From assembly GCA_963843975.1 (NCBI GenBank), contig CAWJMG010000001.1:330001-362000 (forward strand): a DNA stretch of 32,000 bases. Direction: 5' to 3'. The DNA comes from an uncultured Actinomycetes bacterium (GTDB lineage Bacteria; Actinomycetota; Actinomycetes; S36-B12; CAIYMF01). The position numbers and the translations under genes are program-made. Numbering within the stretch: position 1 is the first letter of the stretch; the number at the start of each line of letters is the position of its first letter. Shown here piece after piece: positions 26,661-32,000 of the stretch. The notes under the pieces are model-generated. The model was not told the origin of the DNA and made no database searches. It saw only the letters and a list, made by a program, of their open reading frames with translations.

Positions 26661-26906
26661 GTGGCCCCCCGGTTCCTGACGCTCGCCGACGTCGCCGAGA
26701 CCCTCAACATCTCGGCGTCGCAGACCTATGCGCTGGTGCGCAGCGGCGACCTGCCCGCGATCAAGGTGGGCGGCCGCGGGCAGTGGCGGGTGGAGGCCAG
26801 CGAGCTCGAGGCCTACATCACGCGCATGTACGCCGAGACCGCCGACTTCGTCCGCACCCACCCGTTGGGCGGCACCGACGACGCCGAGCCCGACCCCAGC
26901 GCCTGA
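26661..26906 (+). CDS. helix-turn-helix DNA-binding protein, excisionase/MerR-like family
   Basis: RFLTLADVAETLNISASQTYALVRSGDLPAIKVGGRGQWRVEASELEAYI. Preferred start is GTG 26661 (gagga 8 nt upstream); an alternative ATG lies at 26631. Divergent from the SAF gene. Confidence 0.8.
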   Translation: MAPRFLTLADVAETLNISASQTYALVRSGDLPAIKVGGRGQWRVEASELEAYITRMYAETADFVRTHPLGGTDDAEPDPSA

Positions 26907-26914
26907 GCCGTGGG

Positions 26915-27385
26915 TCAGTCGTCGGCCGGCGGCACCCCGTAGCCGTCCGGGTCCTGCGGGTCGTCGGGATCGTGCGTCGGTGGCAGGACGTCGGTGAGCG
27001 CGTCGAGGTCCTCGGCCTCGGTGCTGCTGTCCACCGGCAGGATCTCCTCGTCGAGCACGTCGGGGTCGGCCTCGAGGTCGACCTCGTGGAGACCGACGCG
27101 GTCCTCGGCCTCAGCGGCCGAGACCTCGTCGGGGTCGCCCTCCCGTGAGCCTCCGCCGTAGACGGGGTCGTCGCTCGCGTCGGCGCCCTCGCCGTCGCCT
27201 GCCTCGGGACCCTCGAGCGGCTCGATCAAGGCTCCCCGGCCCTCGATGGCGTCGGTGCCCTCGACCCGTCCCTCGAGCGCCGCCCGGATCGCGGCCTGCT
27301 CCTCGAGCATCTGGAGCATCGACGCCTGGTCGGCGCTGTCGCCCAGCGGCTCGTCGTACGGCTGGACAGGAACCTGCTCGGTCAT
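26915..27385 (-). CDS. highly acidic, probably disordered protein (156 aa)
   Basis: ATG ORF with high GC3. Very Asp/Glu/Pro-rich (...DPDVLDEEILPVDSSTEAEDLDALTDVLPPTHDPDDPQDPDGYGVPPADD). No family recognised. Confidence 0.55.
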   Translation of the reverse strand: MTEQVPVQPYDEPLGDSADQASMLQMLEEQAAIRAALEGRVEGTDAIEGRGALIEPLEGPEAGDGEGADASDDPVYGGGSREGDPDEVSAAEAEDRVGLHEVDLEADPDVLDEEILPVDSSTEAEDLDALTDVLPPTHDPDDPQDPDGYGVPPADD

Positions 27386-27453
27386 GGCGCACGCCTTCGT
27401 CCGGTGCGGCCGTCGGCCGCGCGGACCCGGTGACTACCCCGTCTGCGGGTCGT

Positions 27454-28008
27454 TCAAGCGCTCCGGGACGCTGCTGCCAGGGCTGCGAGCGGCACGACGA
27501 CGGTGGAGCGCCCGACAGCGAGCTCGAGGTGGTCGGCGTACGTCGCCGAGGCACGGCCGGCGACGGTCGACCCGTCGACGAACGACACGGTCACGTCGCT
27601 TCGGTCGCGGCACCAGGCACGCAGGAGCGCGGTGACCGGCCGGGGCGGCAGCGCGGACGGCCTCGGTGGTGCAGCGCCGTCGAGACCAGTCACCGTCGCC
27701 ACGGCGTCGAGTCGCACCACGTGCTCGGATGCCGGGAGCTCGTGCCCGGGCCGCACCTGCGCGATCACCGCCCAGCCGTCGCCGGCGTCGGTGACGCGGC
27801 CGTCCACCCGCGCGCCGCCGAGCAGCAGCAGGTGCACGTGCCCGCGTGCACCCCGCAGGCGGTCGCGCAGCAGCACCTGACCGCGCTCGATCCGCGTGCG
27901 CTCGGCGATCTCGGCGTCGCGCTCGAGGTCGGCGTCCGCGGCCGCGAGGGCCACGAGGTCGGCCTCGAGCGCGCGCACGACGTCGCGCTCCCCCGTGCTG
28001 TCGGTCAT
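27454..28008 (-). CDS. hypothetical protein (184 aa)
   Basis: ATG at 28008, 11 nt downstream of the SDR stop on the same strand. High GC3. No recognised motif. Confidence 0.55.
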   Translation of the reverse strand: MTDSTGERDVVRALEADLVALAAADADLERDAEIAERTRIERGQVLLRDRLRGARGHVHLLLLGGARVDGRVTDAGDGWAVIAQVRPGHELPASEHVVRLDAVATVTGLDGAAPPRPSALPPRPVTALLRAWCRDRSDVTVSFVDGSTVAGRASATYADHLELAVGRSTVVVPLAALAAASRSA

Positions 28009-28018
28009 CGCGGTGCGC

Positions 28019-28801
28019 CTACCAGGTGGAGTCGCCGCGGATGACGACGTCGCTGCCGCCGTCGATGAAGACGACCTGGCCGCACAGGTGCGAGTTCTCC
28101 TCGCCCGCGAGCCACACGAGCAGCTTCGCCACGGCCTCGGGCTTCGCGATCCCGTTGAGCGGCATGGGAACCATCTGCAGGACGGCCTCGGTCGCCTCGG
28201 GCGTCGCGAGGAAGTCGGCGACCATCGGGGTGTCGATGATGCCGGGCGCGACGGCGTTCAGCGGGATGGAGGCGCCGGCCCACTCGGGGGTGGCTGCGTG
28301 CCTGCGCACCCAGAGGCAGAACGCCTTCTTGGTCGAGCTGTAGATGAGCTGGCCCGTCGTGGCCGGGCCCTTCGCGAGCACCTCGGCCCTCGCCATCGCG
28401 CCGGGCTCGTCGCCCGCACCGAGCAGCTCGACGAGGTCGTCGTCGACGGGCATGAGGCTCGCCATCGAGCTGACGCCGACCGCGCGCGGTGCGTCCGAAC
28501 CGACGAGCAGCGGACGCAGGCCGTCGAGGGTCGCGACCATGCCGAAGTAGTTCACGGCCACCGTGGCCGGGATCGGGTGGGCGAGGCCGGCGACGGCGAG
28601 GATGCCGTCGATGCGTCCGCCGGACATCTCGGAGACCTGCGTGACGAGCGCGGCACGACCCTCGGCCGTCGTCAGGTCGACGACGACGTCGGCGTCGTGG
28701 ATATCGACCCCGATGACCCGGTGCCCCCGCTCCTGCAACAGCTGCTGGGTGGACTTGCCGATCCCTGATGCTGAGCCGGTCACGACGTATGTGCGGGTCA
28801 T
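28019..28801 (-). CDS. short-chain dehydrogenase/reductase (SDR) family oxidoreductase
   Basis: 260 aa. VVTGSASGIGKS (TGxxxGxG cofactor site), catalytic YSSTKKA (YxxxK), NAVAPGIIDTPM. Confidence 0.9.
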   Translation of the reverse strand: MTRTYVVTGSASGIGKSTQQLLQERGHRVIGVDIHDADVVVDLTTAEGRAALVTQVSEMSGGRIDGILAVAGLAHPIPATVAVNYFGMVATLDGLRPLLVGSDAPRAVGVSSMASLMPVDDDLVELLGAGDEPGAMARAEVLAKGPATTGQLIYSSTKKAFCLWVRRHAATPEWAGASIPLNAVAPGIIDTPMVADFLATPEATEAVLQMVPMPLNGIAKPEAVAKLLVWLAGEENSHLCGQVVFIDGGSDVVIRGDSTW

Positions 28802-28889
28802 CTCGTACTCCAGGTCCGTCGAGAGGGGACCTTCCCCACCTACGACGGTAGACCTCCAAACCCCTACGTATCAGCGCGAGATGGGGCCG

Positions 28890-29534
28890 TCAGCGGACAG
28901 CCTCGGCCGGCTCCTCGGCGCCCCGGCGTCCGGCCAGCGCGACGGCGGTCGCGTCGCCTGCAGCGCCGAGCAGGAGCAGGACCCCGAGCCACTGCGCGAC
29001 CAGCGCAGCGATGCCCAGCGTCAGCGCGAGCCCCAGCCGCACGTAGTCCTCGGAGATGAGCAGGTAGAGGTCTGCGCCCTGATCCGGCAGCCGGAACGGG
29101 GCGAAGGTGACAGCGCCGTCCACGAGCGACGACGCGGCGAACCCGCCGAGCGCGATCATGCCGATGCCCCAGCCCAGCAGGCGGCGGGCCGCAGAAGCCG
29201 GCGCAGCCGAGACAGCCCCGGACCGCCGCCACCCCTCACGCGCACGGACATCGGCGCGCACCACCACGACGAGGCAGGCGACCAGCGAGAGGACGCAGAC
29301 GACGAGGGCCAGGCCAGCGCCGGCGAGGACGACCGCGTCCAGCACGGGCGAACCGGTGGTGGAGGTCTCGCAGGTCACCCCCGGGTCGCCCGGTGCTGCG
29401 CTGGTGCCGCCGCTGCAGAACGTGCCCGACGAGCTGGGCGGCACGACGAACGCGTCGAGGAGGAGCAGCAGGATCGCGAGCGCGAAGGCGGCCGCAGCCA
29501 CCCGGGCGAGGCGCCGCCCCCACCGTGATCCCAT
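28890..29534 (-). CDS. hypothetical membrane protein (214 aa)
   Basis: Internal ATG at 29534. Four hydrophobic segments: VAAAAFALAILLLLLDAFVV, VVLAGAGLALVVCVLSLVACLVVVV, LLGWGIGMIALGGFAASSLV, LALTLGIAALVAQWLGVLLLLGAAG. No family recognised. Confidence 0.55.
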   Translation of the reverse strand: MGSRWGRRLARVAAAAFALAILLLLLDAFVVPPSSSGTFCSGGTSAAPGDPGVTCETSTTGSPVLDAVVLAGAGLALVVCVLSLVACLVVVVRADVRAREGWRRSGAVSAAPASAARRLLGWGIGMIALGGFAASSLVDGAVTFAPFRLPDQGADLYLLISEDYVRLGLALTLGIAALVAQWLGVLLLLGAAGDATAVALAGRRGAEEPAEAVR

Positions 29535-29705
29535 CACTGCCCCCCGTCGTGATCCGCCACCCCGAGGGTAGGCGAGCGATGCCGACGCGGTGACCGGTCG
29601 CACCTGCCCGCTGTCGTCCCCAGATCGGGTGGCAGCGGTTGACGAGACCCGTTGCCGCACGCTGTCCTAGGCAAACACAAGTAAACGTACGCATCAGGAG
29701 GCGAG

Positions 29706-30287
29706 ATGGACGGGATCGTGGCTGCCGCCGCCGCCCTCGACGTCGCCGTCCTCCTCGCCGTCGCGCTGAGAGCCGCGCTCGGGGCCGTCCTGCGCTGCGC
29801 GGCGGGCCTGCGCCGCCTGGGGTCCGCCGCCACGTCGCGTGGCCGCGCCCTCGGCCTCCGCGGCCTCCTCGCCGCGCTCGCGGGCACCGCCGCCACGGCC
29901 GCCGGCACCGTGGGCTCCGCCGCTGCCGCCGCGGGCTCGCCGTCGCCGGCCGCCTCGCCCGTGGGTCATGCGGTGACGGCGTCGGCGACCCCCCGACCGG
30001 CGGCGGTGCCCGCGACGTACGTCGTGCGGCCCGGCGACTCGCTGTGGGCCATCGCCGCCCGGCACCTCGGCCCCGGCGCGAGCGACGCCGCGATCGCGGC
30101 CGAGTGGCCGCGCTGGTACCGCGCCAACCGCGCGGTCATCGGGAGCAACCCCTCCCTCCTCCTCGTCGGGACGCGCCTCGCTGTCCCGCACGGTCGCCGC
30201 ACAGGGACGTCGGCGTCACCGCACTCCACCCTCGCGCCGTCCGGCCCCGACCGGACAGCCCTCTCCCTGGACCCCGATCGACGGTGA
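29706..30287 (+). CDS. LysM peptidoglycan-binding domain protein
   Basis: aggagg 5 nt upstream of ATG 29706. Ala/Gly/Leu-rich N-terminal region. LysM core YVVRPGDSLWAIAARHLGPGASDAAIAAEWPRWYRANRAVIGSNPSLLLVGTRLAVP. Confidence 0.8.
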   Translation: MDGIVAAAAALDVAVLLAVALRAALGAVLRCAAGLRRLGSAATSRGRALGLRGLLAALAGTAATAAGTVGSAAAAAGSPSPAASPVGHAVTASATPRPAAVPATYVVRPGDSLWAIAARHLGPGASDAAIAAEWPRWYRANRAVIGSNPSLLLVGTRLAVPHGRRTGTSASPHSTLAPSGPDRTALSLDPDRR

Positions 30288-30290
30288 CCC

Positions 30291-30890
30291 ATGTCCCAGC
30301 CCGCCCGCACGGACTCCCCCGTCCTGCGCTCGCTCGCGCCGTCGCCGTTGCTGCGGCCGCCCACCTCGCTCACCCGCACCATCCGCACCCGCACGCGCGA
30401 GCCGTGGGTGCAGGGCTCGCTGGCTCTCCAGTGGCAGCTGCCCGGAGAGCTCGACGCAGTCCCGTCGCCTCCTGCGTCGCTCCGACTCGTGCCGCGCAGC
30501 ACCGCGGCAGAGGACGACACCGATCCCGCCGTCGCCGAGCGCCCGTCCGGCCGTGACGAGCTGCCCGATCCCGGGCCGTGGGTGGCCCAGCTCGTGCAGG
30601 CGGTGCTCGAGGTGCTCGCCCGTGAGCGGCCGCGACAGCAGCTCGTGCGGTGGCTCGCCCCCGAGGTGTACGCCGACCTCGCACGGCATGTGGCCGCAGC
30701 ACCCGCGCCGACCGGCCGCGCGCCCGGTCTGGCCCGTCGCACGGTGAGCAGCGTGCACGTCAGCGAGCCCGCGGACGGCGTCGTCGAGGCCTCGGCCGTC
30801 GCGGTCGGCGGCCCGCGCGCCCGAGCCGTCGCCGTACGCCTCGAGGGCTGGGACGGCCGCTGGCGCTGCACCCGCCTCGCCGTCCTCTGA
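30291..30890 (+). CDS. Rv3235-family protein
   Basis: 199 aa. WVAQLVQAVLEVLARERPRQQLVRWLAPEVYADLARH...VSSVHVSEPADGVVEASAVAVGGPRARAVAVRLEGWDGRWRCTRL matches the pattern of Rv3235-like proteins, usually found near secA in actinobacteria (from memory). Confidence 0.75.
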   Translation: MSQPARTDSPVLRSLAPSPLLRPPTSLTRTIRTRTREPWVQGSLALQWQLPGELDAVPSPPASLRLVPRSTAAEDDTDPAVAERPSGRDELPDPGPWVAQLVQAVLEVLARERPRQQLVRWLAPEVYADLARHVAAAPAPTGRAPGLARRTVSSVHVSEPADGVVEASAVAVGGPRARAVAVRLEGWDGRWRCTRLAVL

Positions 30891-30953
30891 CCCTCGGCCC
30901 CGCAACCGAAACCCAGATGGCTGGTCCCCGCTCGAGGACTAGCGTCGGCGGCG

Positions 30954-31793
30954 ATGAGCAGCGACCCGAACGTCCACACCGTCCCCGTCCCCCACGGCAC
31001 GCTCGCCGTCGTCGACGAAGGGGACGGCCCGCCTGTCGTCCTCGTTCACGCCGGCATCTGCGACCTGCGGTCGTGGGATGCCATGACCCCGGCGCTCGTC
31101 GCAGGCGGGCTGCGCGTGATCCGCTTCGACGCCCGCGGATACGGCGGCTCCACCACCGAGGACGTCGAGTTCTCGAACATCGACGACCTCCTCGCCGTGC
31201 TCGACGCACGCGGCGTGCACCAGGCCCTTCTGGTGGGCAACAGCCGCGGCGGCTACGTGTCGATCGAGACGGCGCTCGACCACCCTGAGCGCGTGGTGGG
31301 CGTGATCGGCGTCGGCAGTGGCGTCGCCGGGTTCGACCCGCCGCTGACACCTGAGGAGGACGCCCTCTTCGCCGAGATGGACCGGCTCGAGGAGGCCGAG
31401 GAACCCGACGTCGAGGCCATCGCCGAGCTCGACGTCCGCGTCTGGGTCGACGGGCCGGGCCAGCCGACCGACCGGGTCGATCCGGCGGTGCGCGAGTACG
31501 TGCGCGACGTCGACCGCGCGCTGTACGCGCCCGATCACGTGCGCGGCCGCTCGGTCCGCCCCGCCGCCGACGCCGTCGAGCGGCTGCCCGGCCTCGCGAT
31601 GCCGATCGTGATGGTCGCCGGGGCGCTGGACGTGTCCGAGAGCGTGACCATCGCCCGGCACGTGGCATCGATCGCGCCGCGAGGCCGCGCGATCGTGTGG
31701 GAGGACGTCGCCCACATGATCGGCATGGAGCAGCCGCAGCGGCTCGCGGACGTCGTGCTCGGGCTCGCAGCGGAGATCGGCGCCTGGCGCTGA
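30954..31793 (+). CDS. alpha/beta-fold hydrolase
   Basis: 279 aa. PPVVLVHAG (oxyanion region), nucleophile elbow VGNSRGG (GxSxG), C-terminal WEDVAHMIGMEQP containing the catalytic His. Confidence 0.85.
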   Translation: MSSDPNVHTVPVPHGTLAVVDEGDGPPVVLVHAGICDLRSWDAMTPALVAGGLRVIRFDARGYGGSTTEDVEFSNIDDLLAVLDARGVHQALLVGNSRGGYVSIETALDHPERVVGVIGVGSGVAGFDPPLTPEEDALFAEMDRLEEAEEPDVEAIAELDVRVWVDGPGQPTDRVDPAVREYVRDVDRALYAPDHVRGRSVRPAADAVERLPGLAMPIVMVAGALDVSESVTIARHVASIAPRGRAIVWEDVAHMIGMEQPQRLADVVLGLAAEIGAWR

Positions 31794-31811
31794 GGCTCGT
31801 CACCTGAACGC

Positions 31812-31849
31812 CGAGAGGGGCGGTCGGCTGGTGCCGACCGCCCCTCTCG
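31812..31849. terminator. perfect 16-bp hairpin between convergent genes (bidirectional terminator-like)
   Basis: cgagaggggcggtcgg (31812..31827) and ccgaccgcccctctcg (31834..31849) are exact reverse complements with loop ctggtg. Confidence 0.6.
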
Positions 31850-31856
31850 CGTGCTG

Positions 31857-32000
31857 CTAGCTCTTGCTGTCGCGCTTGCGCGCGGCGCGCTCGGCGCGTC
31901 GACGCTCGGCGCGCGAGGCGTCGGGGCCGAGCTCGGGCACGTCGTCGATCGTCTCGGCGCTGTGCACCTCGCCGGCGTCGAGGTCGGGCGCGGAGTACTC
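31857..32000 (-). CDS. 3' end of a gene running off the window (C-terminus ...PELGPDASRAERRRAERAARKRDSKS*); possibly secA by position
   Basis: Open frame from the window edge to TAG (complement of 31857..31859), 47 codons with very high GC3. Acidic then strongly basic tail. It sits adjacent to an Rv3235-family gene, where secA often lies. That is positional inference only. Confidence 0.4.
   Translation of the reverse strand, partial: EYSAPDLDAGEVHSAETIDDVPELGPDASRAERRRAERAARKRDSKS

Noticed and set aside
26631-26906. The excisionase-family HTH gene as evidence of a prophage or integrative element.
   Set aside because: No integrase, att-like repeats, phage structural genes or compositional shift lie nearby. 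This HTH type is also common as a stand-alone regulator in actinobacteria.
29535-29705. Possible c-di-AMP (ydaO-type) riboswitch or a defined promoter upstream of the LysM gene. A TTGACG hexamer lies at about 29638.
   Set aside because: I could not recognise the conserved ydaO core elements. There is no suitably spaced -10 hexamer. This is not supportable without a covariance-model scan.

Overview
High-GC actinobacterial chromosomal segment, about 70-75% GC on hand-counted sample lines. The left ~2.5 kb is lower: 53-63% on four 60-nt lines I counted. Nearly all of the window is coding, and I saw no rRNA, tRNA, CRISPR array, transposase or integrase. Contents, left to right:

- **Lower-GC islet (1-2560).** It carries a polytopic membrane protein, a possible DUF218-like protein, a decayed fragment of a second cpaF/tadA gene, and a three-repeat Ltp-type lipoprotein.
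- **Tad/Flp pilus assembly operon (2621-7129, minus strand).** Seven genes: tadA, tadB, tadC, a small TM protein, two TadE-like genes and a TadG-like gene. They are tightly translationally coupled. The tadA ATPase has one frame break.
- **Coupled three-gene operon (7531-9328).** A small TM protein, a 224-aa b6-type di-heme cytochrome b, and a 322-aa bitopic protein whose C-terminus looks like a degenerate cytochrome-b C-terminal / subunit-IV segment.
- **Housekeeping genes.** A class-V aminotransferase, a ~1634-aa NAD-glutamate dehydrogenase with two frame breaks, pruA, a WS/DGAT, HAD, SDR, VOC, AraC and an alpha/beta hydrolase.
- **Two tandem canonical Flp pilin genes (16357-16907).** They are unlinked from the tad operon. 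One carries six 12-bp repeats encoding an (NGGN)6 tail.
- **NYN + OST-HTH/LOTUS gene.** A 14-nt G homopolymer directly precedes it.
- **SAF / ParA-like / HTH cluster (24650-26906).** A SAF (CpaB-like) gene, a MinD/ParA-like ATPase with an arginine in the Walker A motif, and a divergent excisionase-type HTH gene.
- **Right end.** LysM protein, Rv3235-family protein, hydrolase, and a partial convergent gene at the window edge.

Most notable:

- All three frame breaks can be repaired by deleting one base directly after an in-frame GAG-CTG inside the same octamer, GAGCTGCA.
- The stand-alone split cytochrome b6-like operon.
- The dispersed tad components with unusual pilins.
- The G14 tract.
- The cpaF relic.
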